Assembly: GCA_943704425.1 (NCBI GenBank)
Contig: CALSCP010001613.1
Location: 1 to 63,719, forward strand
Direction of reading: 5' to 3'
Origin: Ministeria vibrans ATCC 50519
Lineage: Eukaryota > Protista > Filasterea
Length of the DNA stretch: 63,719 nt
The position numbers and the translations under genes are program-made. This document shows positions 36,102 through 50,681 of this stretch, piece by piece. A model generated the notes under the pieces. It had not been told where the DNA came from, ran no database searches, and saw nothing but the letters and a program-made list of their open reading frames with translations. Each line of letters begins with the position of its first letter. Within the stretch, counting starts at the first letter, position 1.

Positions 36102-37794
36102 TCAATCGAGAGAAGTCTGTGTGCGGATCTGCGCGAGGAGCGAGTCAACAAACTCGTCAAGAGGAAGAAGCGTGGTCGTGTTGTGCTCGCGCACACTCAC
36201 AGTGCCGGCCTGGGCCTCGCGCGTCCCCACACATGCCATCACGTTGGTTCGCAGTGTGTTCTGGCGTGCGATTTTGCGCGACAATCGGTCCGTCGTCAAA
36301 TCCATTTCGACAAAAAAGCCTAGGGGTAAAAAGTGTAACGTAGAGCGCATAGATGTTGCAGGTAGAAATGTACCGTTGGCTCTGAGTTTGAATGCAACAG
36401 AACGGGCATAGTCCGTCGCGTCAGGAGAGACGGACAAGACGGCACATTGGCGGGGTGACAGGAAGAGCGGCAGTTTACCCCCTGTACACAGACGAGAAGA
36501 GAGTAAGCAAGCGGGATATATATTATATTTATATACACATATATAAATAATATACCCACACACACACATACACACACACACGATTTTACTGTTCTGCTCA
36601 AGGAGAATGCCCATCATGCGCTCAAGGGAGCCAACGAGAGCACGGTGGATCATGACGGGACGCTGGTCAGGCGCGGACGGGCCGGGCGTATCCGAGTGCT
36701 GTGTGGGATGGTGCCCCACTGGCGTGTACTTGAGGTCAAAGCGACGCGGCAGTTGGAAGTCGAGTTGAATTGTCGCAGTCTGGTGCTGTCGCCCTACCAC
36801 ACGCACGCACACACACACACACACACACACATGCAGAGTCACACAACAATCAATCGCACACCTGAAATGCAGTACCTGCTGCGTCGGTGACAGCAATGTC
36901 AATCTTGGGGCCGTAAAAGGCACCGTCGCCGTCCTTGATCGAGTAAGCGTGTCCCGAGTGCTCCAGCGCCGTCTTGAGACTTGCCTCGGCACTCTCCCAC
37001 TCTTCCAGGGTCCCCGCAAAGCTATCGGTGGGCCGGGTGCTCAGTGCCACGCTAAGAGCATCCGAAGCAAAGCCAAGTTGCTCGTACAGGCGTACGACGG
37101 TCGTAAGCAGACTGGCAATCTCGCCAGTGACCTGTTCGCGTGTGCAGAAGATGTGCGCGTCGTCCTGGTGAAAGCGCCGAGCGCGAGTGAGTCCTGCCAG
37201 CCCACCCGCCGCCTCGTTGCGATGCAACGCTCCAAACTCGGAGAAGCGCAGCGGCAAATGGCGCTCACTGCGGTGCAAGTGCGAAAAGACAAGGCAATGG
37301 CCAGGGCAGTTCATGGGCTTGAGGGCCAAGGTGCGCTGCGACGCCTGAAGCGCATCGCCGCCCTCGACGTCGGCGGGCTCGTCTCGACGCGACGGCCGCT
37401 CGGCAAAGATCATGTCTTCACTGTAGTGCTCGTTGTGCCCCGACTTGTCAAACAGCTGCGACGAGAACACCTGTGGCGAGGAGATTTCGTCGTACCCTTC
37501 GCGTCGACAAATCTCACGCAGATGATCCTGGAGTCGCTGGAAAATGCGCATTCCATGGGGCAGCATAAATGGCATGCCGGGGGCCATGGGGTGGATCATA
37601 AAGAGATCAAGTGCTCGGCCCACGGAGCGATGATCGCGCTCATCCATCAGAAAACTCGCATCCACCTCGGCAGCCTCTCCTCGAACTGCGGCTGCTGCAT
37701 GCGACGCACGAACCGGTCTATGCCACACGCATATTCTTGTCTCAATCGCCACCCACCTCCTCGCCGTCGATAAGCCTCTCCACAATCCAAACAT
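36102..37794 (-). CDS. Mitochondrial threonyl-tRNA synthetase without N-terminal editing domains (MST1-like)
   Basis: Presequence, then [67 protein letters not shown] and LSPRQ. Confidence 0.93.
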
Positions 37795-37850
37795 GACTAA
37801 AAAGAAAACTCAATTGATTGACCAGTTTTTTTTCACAATAATCATTTGCA

Positions 37851-39786
37851 ATGTCAGTTCGACCTATGACCTCACTTGAGAACCGTCTGTGGCAAGTCGG
37901 CGTCTTTTATGTTGCAAGACACTTTCACACTTGCGGATCGTACTGTGTGCGTGCCTCGCAGGTGAGCGACACTCAAAAGCGAAAACACAAAAACCGTTTT
38001 CACCTCAAAGGAACAATACGGCTGAATAGCACGCCTGCTGCCTTCGGAAATCCACCTCGATGTGCATTACACTGTCGTAGTCCATGAAAATCCAGGGATT
38101 ATTGTACAATAACACTTTTTTGTCGCGCCAAATCCGCTTTGTTTCGCGTTCGCGTTTCGCTCAAAACTCGCTTTTTTTCTTTTGTCTCAACATTAATTTC
38201 CTTTCCCCTTCATATTCTAACGTCTTGCCCCTCTCGCATGCAACATTTGTCATACAACATCTATCCCTGAATGTACTCCTTCTCTTTTCTTATTCATCTC
38301 TTCTTGAATTTTTTTTTTGTTAATTTTTTCGCTCTGTCAGATTTTTGACGACTTGTCAACAGAAACACAGCTTGCCTTGTTATGGCACGTTACGCAGGGC
38401 CTCACGAGCGAAAGACGATCCCAGTCCAATGTATACTTTGATGCGACAGTTGCGACAGTGTTTGCTGTCTTGTACGACCGCATCCTCGACGAGATTGCGC
38501 GTCAAGACTACCCTGCGTTTTTTCCGTCGCCTCACACTCGCACAGAACAGCGCCTGCTCGACGAGCTGCTCTGTGACTCACACTCTGAGTTGCCCCTGGC
38601 GGCCAGGTCGGCCGGCGGAGACGACGTGCGCTTTCGCTCGCTACTGCACGCGACCTTTGTTGAGGGCGACACGACCTGCTCGCAAGAGGTGGACGGTTGC
38701 GATCGTGCCGTCTGGCTCGAAATTGTCAACACGGTGCGTCATCGGCTGGTCCATCGTCACGACTGGCCACTACTTGTGAAGCAGGACGATGACGACGAGA
38801 CGTACGAGGCGGCGCGACGAGCGCTCAAACTGCGACGTGCCTACTTTCAAATGCCTCCCGGACTGCGCGCGTCAGGGTCGCGCGGTGGCCGTCTGCGCGA
38901 TTCGTGTCAACTGGCTGCCATTGATGAACTCGATGCATTTCTCTTTAATGCTCTCAAGCAGCACATCATCATGGGGGAGACAGAGACGGCGCGCGAGAGT
39001 GAGGACGAGTCAAACGGCGAGGAAGAAGACGAGCGTGCACACGTCGACGATGGCGATAAAAACGAGGAGGGCCGCTTGTGGGATAGTACACCGCAGTTTA
39101 GCGATCCGCTTGGCGGCGGTCATGTACTACCGGCGACGGATGGTGGGGACAAGATGGCGTGGGAGTTTGAGGGTGGGCCGGACGACGACGCAGACGAAGT
39201 GAACGAGTGCGACGTGACAAAGGAGACGGAATTGACCGCCAATGACGGTGACAGTCTCCACGTCGAGCAAGAGTGCGCCACAGAGGCAAAGGTCCAGATG
39301 GAGGCGGCGCACATTGCCATTCCACCGGTGGATGAGATTGTTGTGTCCAAGGCGACCATGCGACGCTGGAGCGAATGGGGTGTCCTCCAGACACCCGCAC
39401 GTACTCCTCACGACCGCTCAAGCACCCCGACCACTCTCTCCGTGCTGGGTCGCTCGCCATTGGCTCGCTCACTGCCGGACGCCGTGTGTCCCGGCTCACC
39501 TCAAGTGGGCCTTTATGATCCTCTTGAGTGCGCCCTAGTCCCAACCGCCTCACCTCCTCCTCCTACCTCTCCAACAACAACATCATCTTCAACAACAACA
39601 TCAACAGCAACCTCAGTTCCTACACTCTCTACGTCGTTCGCGCCGCCCATGACACCAATTCCAGCGCGCACATACTCCAAGAAGCGACGTACCCTTTTTG
39701 CGTCGCAGCGGCACAGTGACCACGCATGGTCCCAGGCACGTCCCCACCAGTCGTCATCTCTTCAGTGGGAGTTTGACGAACTTTGA
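37851..39786 (+). CDS. Hypothetical protein: helical N-terminal domain plus acidic and S/T/P-rich tail
   Basis: Exon 1 (37851-37961, cag|gtgagc) joins 38341 in phase 0; long open frame to 39786. Confidence 0.7.
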
Positions 39787-39848
39787 GTGCTACTTCTTTT
39801 TCTTTTCCCTCTCGATCCTTGTCTCATACAATACGATTTTCTTTCTGT

Positions 39849-40614
39849 TCACTGTCGGCTCCTCGCGTATCTCAACTTCTTCTTCCGTCTCCTCGCAATC
39901 TTGTTGCGAGCCATTGCTTTGCGCAACTTCTTGTCCTTGGCCGCCTTGGCCTTCACCTTGTCCTCGTGCTTCGTCCCCTTGTTCCAATGCCTGACTCTCT
40001 CAAAGTAATCCTTGGTCATTGTCCCGTCGTATGATGTGTGCAACATTCCCTACACCACAGACAGACAGACAGACAGACAGACACACACACACACACACAC
40101 ACACAAAGAAAACGCTTTCCGTATCAGTACACACGCTCACAACGCCACACGCATACGCGCGCACACACACACACACACACATGCCTACCGTTGAATCATA
40201 AGTCCTGCGAACGGGATAGACGATCTTCTCCTGTGCAGACAAAAACGAAGACGATTAACTTTGGATTGGGTGATCAGACACGTTCCGCACCACAAAGAAG
40301 GCCTTCTTCTTGCTGAATCGCTGCGGCGACAACTGACACATCACAACGTCGCCAACGACGGCCGTCTGAGACTCGTCATGCGCCAGGAACTGCGACGTTC
40401 GTCGAATGAGCTGAGCAGAAGAAGAGAGAGAAAAAAAAAAAAAAAAAAAAAAAACGCGATTGAGCAAAGGGAAAACAGAAAGGACAGTCGTATGGCACTG
40501 TACGGCGGGGTATTTTCGATGCTGGTGGTAGTGCTGGAAGGCCACGCGGACGGTCTTGTCGCCCCTCGAAAAGACGACCCTTGCAGCGATGCGTTGGACC
40601 GCAGCCTTCAGCAT
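39849..40614 (-). CDS. MRPS17: Mitochondrial ribosomal protein uS17m with basic C-terminal extension
   Basis: DKTVRV...HRKY...RTSQFLAHDE...VGDVV...SKKKAFFVEKIV; three introns. Confidence 0.85.
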
Positions 40615-40761
40615 TGTAAATGAGTGATCAGACGACTATTAGTGCGATCGCTCGAAATTAATCAGAACTTCGCCTCAAGGGACAAGTCACAAGGGTCAAT
40701 CTTTTGTGAAGTTGCTTGATTTGGCGCCCTTTGGCTTGCGATTCAACAACGCCCTTCGTCC

Positions 40762-42335
<1,574 letters not shown>

Positions 42336-42646
42336 AAATTAATATGAAATTGTAATTATTTTAACATTTAAATCACATTGCGATAACTCTTAACAATGCT
42401 TATTTTTCATTCCAATGACCAATCAGTTCAATGCACCTGAAGCCCGCCAGGCATGCGCTTCCTCGTTTGTTGCGTTCTTTTCCTGTTGCAATAGAATAGA
42501 AATTTTAATCAACACTATAATTTTCCAATGGAGGCCCTTCTGGCGGCCGTTTTCCAGTCGGGGGACGTTCCCGATCCTAACACGGTAAGACCACAGTGTC
42601 ACACACACATGCACCCAAAAAATTCATTTCCGTCTGTCAAAAAAAA

Positions 42647-45600
42647 ATGATACAGCTCGTCGCTCAACCCACGGCAGCCGCACCTGCATCGGGCAGCCAA
42701 CCACAAGGACCCCTGCAGCCGGCGGCGGCAGCAGCGGGGCCCAACGGCGTACCGTATGGGGCGCAGACGAACACCGTTGCGCAGCAGCAGCACCACCCGC
42801 GCCATGCCCCCCATGCGCCCATGCCCGCTCCCCCCCCGGCAGCCCTGCCCGTCGCCTCAGCCCCGCGCCCGCCCGCCGGCAGCAACACCAACCACAACGA
42901 CGGCGACGACGGCGATTTTGACGACGACGAACGCGACTTTTACATTGTCGACGACGGCGTTGGCGGCGAGGTCGACGTACGCGCCCCTGCGGCACCTGCA
43001 AGGGCCCCCACCACACAGCTTGTGCGCCCGCCCGCCGCCCCTCCCGTCGTTGTGCTTCCGGCCGAGAAACTTTACTGTACCTGTCAGAAACCGTTTGTCG
43101 AGGGAGTCAAAATGATTCAGTGCGACCGCTGCAACGACTGGTTCCACTTTGGCTGCATCAACATCGAGGAGGCCGACGAGCCCCTTATCAAGGTGTACCA
43201 CTGTCCCCGTTGCGAACCCATTGCGGGACCCATCAAATGGCAAAGACGTCGCGTCGCTCACTACCAAATCGACGACTCGGACGACTCCGATGACCTTGCT
43301 ACCGCCGACGTGGACCCCAAACGTGCCAAGCGTATCGACTTTGTCGCGCGACTGCGCAGTCGACAGTTTCAAAATGGTCTCGACTCCGTTGTGGTCGTGA
43401 CCAAGGCCAAACACCTGCTCCCAGGCTACTTTGAGCAGCATGGCTTTCGCCAGCCCCTGCTGGTGCGCCGCAAGAAGGGCCTCGGCCTCACCGTGCCCGA
43501 TCACCGCTCTTTCACCGTCAACAACGTCCGCGACATTGTCGGCCCGACACGCTCCCTCACAGTCATGGACGTTGCCACGCAACAGAACCGCGAGATGAGC
43601 CTCGCCGACTTTGCCGCCTACTACATGTCCCCGCCCGACGCTCGCGCCCAGTCACCGCTCAACGTCATCTCGCTCGAGTTCTCCAACACGCCCCTCAACG
43701 AGTACGTGCACGCTCCACGCATCGTGCGCCACATCGACTGGCTTAACCTCGTCTGGCCTCCCGCGCGTCTGCCCCAACGACCTCTCGTTCAAAAGTACTG
43801 TCTTATGAGCGTTGCAAACTCCTTCACCGACTTTCATATTGACTTTGGCGGCTCTTCCGTCTGGTACCACGTGCTACGCGGCGAAAAGATTTTCTACTTT
43901 ATTCCGCCGACCGAGGCCAATCTGGCCATCTACGAGAAGTGGGTGAGTTCCAAGACGCAGCACGAGGTATTCCTGGGCGACCGTGTCCAATGCCACCAGG
44001 TGCGTGTCCAGCGCGGCCAGACCCTTTTCATCCCAACCGGCTGGATCCACGCCGTCTACACTCCCGTCGACACGCTCGTGTTTGGCGGCAACTTCCTTCA
44101 CGTCTTTGGCGCCGCCCTCCAGCTGCGTGTCTACGACATGGAAGTGCGCCTCGCTGTGCCCCGCTCCTTCCTCCTTCCCGACTTCGAGGCCGTCAACTGG
44201 TATGCCGCCGAGCGTCTTGCCGCCGCCCTTACCGCGCATCCCGTCAAGCAATGTCGCGAGTGGCTTTACAAGGCGGTCGAGGCGCTCTTGCGCTCCACCC
44301 GCCATTGGCTCGACGAGCTCAAAGCCAACCGTCATGTCAAACGCCACACTCTCCCGTCCGATCTCGACGCACCCGCTCTCGTTGCGCGTCTGCAGCGTCT
44401 GTTCAAGCGTATGCCTGCACCCGTTTCTATGCAGGATGCCAAGACAGTGACGTTGCGCGCACAGCAGGATGACGAGGACGAGGACGAAGACGAGGACGAG
44501 GACGAAGACGACGAAGACGATGGCACCTCAACCAAACTGCGCATTCGTGTGGGCGGCCCATCCGCTTCCGGTAAGAAATCCTCGTCTGCCTCGGCGGCCG
44601 ACGACGATGCGGCACGTCAGGCCAAACGACGCCAGAAGGAGGCACTCGCTGCCGAACGACGCGGTAGTACCTTCCTCGCTGAGTTTGCGTCGGTGCCACT
44701 GGTTGGCGACGACACCGTGAAGAAGATGAATCAGGCATTGAAGAAACGTCTTGCTGAAGCACGCGCACAGCAACAGCAGCAGCAACATCAACAACAGTCA
44801 TTTCCATCAGTGAACATGATCAAGCTGAGTGTGCCGCGACCCGTGGACCCTCCGTCAGGCCGATCGGGTCTGACGCTCAAGGTTGCAAGTGCAGCATCGA
44901 CTGCGGCCAGTGCAGCAGCCGACGCTGCTCTGGCAGCTGCGGCTGCCGTGGCAGCTGCATCATTGGCGACGCCCAAAGTGCGTGTGCGGGCTCCCATCCA
45001 GCCACCGGACACAACTGCGGCGGCACGGTCTCGCCACGCAGACCGCAAGAAGGGTCTCGAGCTGAAGATGTCGGCGCTGAAGAAGCCAAAGAAGAAAAAG
45101 AGGAGTAGCGAGGGGAGTGGGCGCAAGAGACGACGCACTGTGGTCGACGATGATCTGGCCATGAGCGACGACAGCAGCGATGAGGAGTTTGTTGGGGATG
45201 TGGAGGAGGAGGAGGCGTATGATGTCAATGAGATGGTGGACGATGCTGGGATGGGAGGTGGGAAGGGCAAGAAGAAAGCAAAGGCACCGAAGAAGAACGG
45301 TCAGACGACAAAGAAGAGGAAGCCACGACGCACCGTGGAGTCCGACACGGACGATGAGTATTCGGGCTTTGATGACGACGAGGTGACGGACGATCTGATG
45401 GACGACGACGAGGACGATGAGAATGACAATGAGGACGCTGAGTCGGACGAGTCGGACGAGTTTATGGAGGCGAATGCTGAAGAGGACTTTATGGAGACTC
45501 GACGACGACTCAAGGCATTGAGGAAGGCTAAGAAGGCCGGGCAAGGGGTTGCAGGGTTCAAGACTCCCGTACGCAAAGCCACAGTGGGTAATATGGACGA

Positions 45601-46174
45601 CGATGGTGAGGAGGATGAAGAGGAGGGAGGGGAAGGTCGAGATGATGTGAGGGTACGCAAGCGGGCACGATCATCTGGCGGTGGACTTGGCGGACTGGGC
45701 TCGGGCGGCCTGGGTGGACTAGGCTCAGGTGGACTGGGGCTGGGTGGATTGGGATCGGGTGGGCTGGGTGCGGCCGGTGGGCTAGGTGGTCGTATGAGCG
45801 GACTGGGCTTCACCCCAACGCTGGCCAGTGGTGACATGCCCGTCTCGCCCGCCGCAGCACCCCTGAACAAGGCACTGTCGTCGCCCGTCGTTGCAGCTGT
45901 TGCTCCATCAGCATCATCGCCCTCAACACCCGGCGTCACGTCGTCCGTGTCGTCTACGTCACTGTCGACGTCCGCCACAAAACGCCCCAGTAGCGCCTTA
46001 ACGAGTACACCCGCCCAGCGCTCGTCCAGCGGCGGTGGCTTTGCCCTCATCACCCCTACTGGCTCTCGTTACAACGCACATCGCAGTCGTGACTCTTCGT
46101 CGCGCAGCAACTCCTCCAGCACTGGCGGTGGAGGTCTCCAGTCGCTCATGAAGAAGTTTGGCAAGCGACGTTGA
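42647..46174 (+). CDS. PHD + JmjC histone demethylase (KDM7/PHF8/Jhd1 family), single exon
   Basis: LYCTCQKP...MIQCDRCNDWFHFGC...YHCPRC (PHD); NVISLEFS, VQKYCLMS, TDFHIDFGGSSVWYH and IPTGWIHAVYTP (JmjC); acidic/basic tail with GGLGS repeats. Confidence 0.95.
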   Translation: MIQLVAQPTAAAPASGSQPQGPLQPAAAAAGPNGVPYGAQTNTVAQQQHHPRHAPHAPMPAPPPAALPVASAPRPPAGSNTNHNDGDDGDFDDDERDFYIVDDGVGGEVDVRAPAAPARAPTTQLVRPPAAPPVVVLPAEKLYCTCQKPFVEGVKMIQCDRCNDWFHFGCINIEEADEPLIKVYHCPRCEPIAGPIKWQRRRVAHYQIDDSDDSDDLATADVDPKRAKRIDFVARLRSRQFQNGLDSVVVVTKAKHLLPGYFEQHGFRQPLLVRRKKGLGLTVPDHRSFTVNNVRDIVGPTRSLTVMDVATQQNREMSLADFAAYYMSPPDARAQSPLNVISLEFSNTPLNEYVHAPRIVRHIDWLNLVWPPARLPQRPLVQKYCLMSVANSFTDFHIDFGGSSVWYHVLRGEKIFYFIPPTEANLAIYEKWVSSKTQHEVFLGDRVQCHQVRVQRGQTLFIPTGWIHAVYTPVDTLVFGGNFLHVFGAALQLRVYDMEVRLAVPRSFLLPDFEAVNWYAAERLAAALTAHPVKQCREWLYKAVEALLRSTRHWLDELKANRHVKRHTLPSDLDAPALVARLQRLFKRMPAPVSMQDAKTVTLRAQQDDEDEDEDEDEDEDDEDDGTSTKLRIRVGGPSASGKKSSSASAADDDAARQAKRRQKEALAAERRGSTFLAEFASVPLVGDDTVKKMNQALKKRLAEARAQQQQQQHQQQSFPSVNMIKLSVPRPVDPPSGRSGLTLKVASAASTAASAAADAALAAAAAVAAASLATPKVRVRAPIQPPDTTAAARSRHADRKKGLELKMSALKKPKKKKRSSEGSGRKRRRTVVDDDLAMSDDSSDEEFVGDVEEEEAYDVNEMVDDAGMGGGKGKKKAKAPKKNGQTTKKRKPRRTVESDTDDEYSGFDDDEVTDDLMDDDEDDENDNEDAESDESDEFMEANAEEDFMETRRRLKALRKAKKAGQGVAGFKTPVRKATVGNMDDDGEEDEEEGGEGRDDVRVRKRARSSGGGLGGLGSGGLGGLGSGGLGLGGLGSGGLGAAGGLGGRMSGLGFTPTLASGDMPVSPAAAPLNKALSSPVVAAVAPSASSPSTPGVTSSVSSTSLSTSATKRPSSALTSTPAQRSSSGGGFALITPTGSRYNAHRSRDSSSRSNSSSTGGGGLQSLMKKFGKRR

Positions 46175-46526
46175 ATACTGAATTGAACACACACGAACAC
46201 CACCACACAAACACCACAACGACACACATACATACACACGCGCACGCACGCACACAAACACGTACATATATTCATCCATTCACACACTCACACATTCATA
46301 CATTCATACGCACACACAGACATACACACACAAACACAAACACACACGTATACACATACATACATATACATACACGCGCTCGTGAGAGGGTGGGAGACTG
46401 AGCGAGAATGGAAGAGAGACAAAGCGAGACGGATAGGAGAAAGTGTAAAGATAAAACCAACAAACCGACATCCGTCTCAAAAAACCAATCATCACTAACA
46501 ATAATTTTAATTACAAAAAAGCGCAG

Positions 46527-46827
46527 TCAACGGCGGAAGTACTGAGCCCAGCGGTGGACAGTCTCAATCATGACGGCCATGACAGCGGTGACACTATCGC
46601 CAATGAGCGACTCGAAGAAGCGCACTGCATCCTCCTCGGACAGCTCAAGACGAAACTTCTCCTGCACGCGCGAGACACACTTGCTTGGCTCAACAGCAAT
46701 GTCGGGGACGTTGCTGTCAACCATCAGCGAAAACAGGTTTAGGATCAGGTTGGCGTGTCGTCGCAGAATCAGAAACGCGTTGAAGCAGTGGCTCAGAAAC
46801 TACGCGCAATTCATAATAATTAATATA

Positions 46828-46866
<39 letters not shown>

Positions 46867-49591
46867 TTATTATTATTATTTGGTTCTAGTTATTTTCCTT
46901 TTTGTTGATACCTTTTTGAACTCGACCGAGTTTTGACCGTTCATTGCGTCGACCATTTCTCGGGAGATTTTCATGGGAGGGGGAAAGGGTTTGGGGTCCC
47001 GACCGAGAAAGTACCCAAAGTCAATGTGAAAAAGATGGCCATCACGCGAGAGGAGAAGGTTGTCAAGATGGCGGTCGCCAATGCCGAGGAGGTAGGTGAT
47101 GACACAGTAGCCGGCGCAGCTTTTGATGTACGTGTCGAGGATTTCCGGGTCGACTGTGTCCGAATGGTTCTCGCGTCGGAAGTATGTCTGGATGTCGCCG
47201 TACTCGGCAAGAACCGCCGCAACGGCCTTGGCCTCAACGCACTCGACCATGCCGGATTCACTGCCTGTCGCAAGCGAACGGTACGGCGTCAACTTGAGAT
47301 CAAGGTTCTCTTTGCGCAGCAGACGGTCCATCAGAGTAATCTGCTGCAGTACCAGCTGGTCTTGACGCAGATCATCGCCGTACTTGAACACGACAGTGTA
47401 GTAGGGGCTGGGAAGAGGAGGGAGGGACGGCGGAGGCGTCGTGGTCGAGGTGCAATCGGCGGAGGAGGGCAAGGCGGGTGTCTGCGTGAGTCGGAAGGAG
47501 ATGCGCAGGGGCATGAGGGCGCTCTTGAAGAGAAACGCCTGCTCGGCGTCAATGCCGCAGATGGACAAACGCGGGTCGAGAAAAAGCGGAACGGGCGCAA
47601 ACGACGACAGAGCCGCGTCGTTTTTTAGCTGTTCGCGCAGACGCGCAATCTTTTTGGGACGCGACTCTTTGCTGCCGCGCAGTTCCACCATGACACGCAC
47701 AATGTGGTCGATGAGAACCATCTGGCGCATAAGTGCATCTAGCATGGCCCGCGTGGCGTCGCTGCGTCTCTCCAGCTCCGCCTTGAACTCTAGCAGCACT
47801 GCAAAGTACATGGGACCCACTCGCTTGTCTTCCACCTCCACAATGAGATACCAGTGCAGGAAATTGCCAAACTCAAAATTGGACAATGCTCGTTCAATGA
47901 GCAGATGAGCCAGTGGCGACTGTTCTGTAATCCGCTGGGTGGTGCCAGTGTCAGGAGAGGTGGCAGTGGGAGCAACCACTGTAGACGTAGTGGTAACTGA
48001 GGTGACTGAGTTGGAGCGCGAAGTGGGCGCGAGCGACGGATCGGGTGTGTAGCAGCTGGTGGATCCGTCGTCGGAGGCAGTGTGTTGTTGTTGCTGCTGC
48101 TGTTGTTGTTGTTGTTGTTGTTGTGCTGTTGTAGATTCAGGGATAACAATGCCTTCGTAGCGGAGGGCCTGGACAAGCTGGAGCAGATAGAGGACGAGTT
48201 CTTCGTCGTCGACACTCTCCATGGAGCGCACGGCATACTGGCGCACGGCCGGGTGCTTGAAGTGCGCACTGAGCAGCTCAAGCGCATCGTCAACATCAAT
48301 GGGCTCCCACTGGTCCAGCAGCTCGATGGCTTGGTCGACTTCGTAGTCGTCGGACCAGTCAACGCAGCGCAGAAACTTGGTGAGCGCCTTCTTCTCACGC
48401 GACAGATAGGCACGAAATGTCCACAGAGCCTCACTCTCATTGGTCGACAGATGCGCATTGGGAGGAAGACGCACAAGACGTCTGAGCTGATCGCGCATGT
48501 CAGCGTCCGGCTTGAGATTGCGGTCAAGCGGAGAGCGACGGTGCGAGCGCACGAGATGCGTATGCTTCTGCTCGACGACATTGGACAGACTGATCTCAGG
48601 GTCGGGAATGCGCATCATGGGCGACGCATTGACAATCGTGCCTTTGCCAATCGACGACGTCCCCAGCTTCTACGTATATATTATATAATATGTGTGAAGG
48701 GGGAGGCAAACGTGCAAGAAGAATGTACCTCTGAGAAAACAACGGGAAAGTCGTAGGTAGGCAGTTCAATGAAAAGAAACGTGAAGGGGGTGAGGCCCAG
48801 TTCGCGTTGTGTGATACGCTCAATCTCTGCGCGTGTCGCTTGGTTCAGCCATTCCGAGGTCGCCGGTCCGGGTCCCGCTGGCTTTCCAATCTAAAAAAGC
48901 ACACCAACAGCATCAGACAAACAAAACGTTCTTCTTGCACCCAGTCGACTCGTTTCGTCGTACTCGCATGAGCCGATCAACTTCGTCGGGTGGGCCATAG
49001 AAAGCCGGCGTGGTTGTGTTGGTGTTGCCGTCGGCTTCGCGATTGGGCCACAACCGTAGCTTGTGTCGTCCATATCGCAAAGTTCTAATAATTAGTATTC
49101 AAGAACATAAGAATAAGAATGATTTCGGTGGGATTTTTCGGTTTTGGCGTTACCCGCTCTTGGTGAACAGCGAAACAGTCGTCCCGGCAATGGGAACAGG
49201 GTTTCGAGGGTTTTCAAGGTCCCACACGGTGAAGGCAAGCTGGGTGGAGCGGGGAAGGTCGCAATGGCGAATGGGAAAGGAGAGCCACTCGTCCCATCTG
49301 CGGTGTGTGCGCCCGTGAGCCAAAATGAGAGGGTGCGGGGGCGGTCGTGGGGTGCGTACCTGTTTGGCGTTGGGCTGTACGTCGTTTGGACGGGGATGGA
49401 GAGCGGGCGGTTGTCGCTGAAGGCCTGGAAGGTCACATAGACATTGCAGGAGCTGAAGGAGACAGGAAAAAGTTCAATGAAGCAATTGCGACTGCCACAC
49501 GTACTCTGGGGAGGTGCCGGCCCGCGCTAATGCCCGTCCTCCAATGCAGTCCCTGCACCAAATCAAACGCCCGGAGTGTTAAGAGAAAGAG

Positions 49592-49623
<32 letters not shown>

Positions 49624-49723
49624 TTTTGTTTCTTGGACTGTACAAATGAACTCGCAAAGGAAGCGCAATGTCGCTGCTCTGCACGTAGTTAAAACGAGTG
49701 TACTGGCGATGATCCAGTGACAT
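46527..49723 (-). CDS. PIK3C3: Class III phosphatidylinositol 3-kinase Vps34
   Basis: VQTTY, WDEWL and YLLQLVQALRYE; FKSALMP, FKYGDDLRQDQL, YLLGIGDRHLDN, FHIDFG, DPKPFPPPMK and HRWAQYFRR*. Confidence 0.96.
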
Positions 49724-49823
49724 CGAACAGAAAATCAAACAAATCAATGATGGAATAATATCAAAATTAATTAAAATCTATCATCTAATTAATTCTAATA
49801 ACTATCAAGCATTAATATTTTTC

Positions 49824-50552
49824 ATGATCACTCGGTCGTTGCAGCATTGCCGGGCACCCGCTCGCCTTGTGGAAAGGGTAGCACGGCGATGGAATTCGGG
49901 GTCAACAGTGGCGACGGTGGGGCAGGCCCAAATGACGGAGGGGACGCTGAGACTGCTTGCGGGGGTTGAGGCGGGCGACCGATCAGCCCTTGCGCGCGCC
50001 ATTACGCTCGGTATGCGGGGCAGGGCGAGGGGCACGGGCCGCGTGTGTGACGCCTGCAGTCTTTGTCGTGTAGTGGAGTCGTCGCGCGAAGCACACTACG
50101 TCCAGGCGCAGCTTCTGCTGGCACGGGCGCTGGAGCAGTCGCGCGAGGGCGAGCGCCGCAGATCGCGCCGGATTGCCTTGACGGGTCCGCCGGGAGCAGG
50201 CAAGTCGTCGCTGATTGAGAGGCTGGGCGTCCACTGCACCGCACAGGGCCATCGAGTTGCTGTGCTGGTATGACTGCAAACCACATTGCGTCTTTTGGTG
50301 TTTGTGCGTCTCTCCCCCAAATAACACACACACACAGACACACACACTCAACTCAACGACTTGTTATGAATAATTCTTAGGCTGTTGATCCGTCGTCGAG
50401 TCGAACTGGTGGCTCGATTTTAGGTGATAAGACACGCATGATGGAGCTCTCGTGTGATCCTCGAGCATACGTGCGGCCTTCACCGAGTCGAGGCGCTTTA
50501 GGTACGAAAATGACGCATAACTCAGCGAGTCGTCTTGTAACGTTTGTGTGTG

Positions 50553-50604
<52 letters not shown>

Positions 50605-50647
50605 NNNNNNNNNNACAGGGCGTGCACTGAAATCAAAATGTGTGATC

Positions 50648-50681
<34 letters not shown>

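Noticed and set aside
45676-45800. GGLGS repeats in the KDM7 tail
   Set aside because: Ordinary low-complexity coding repeat with synonymous variation; no separate element.
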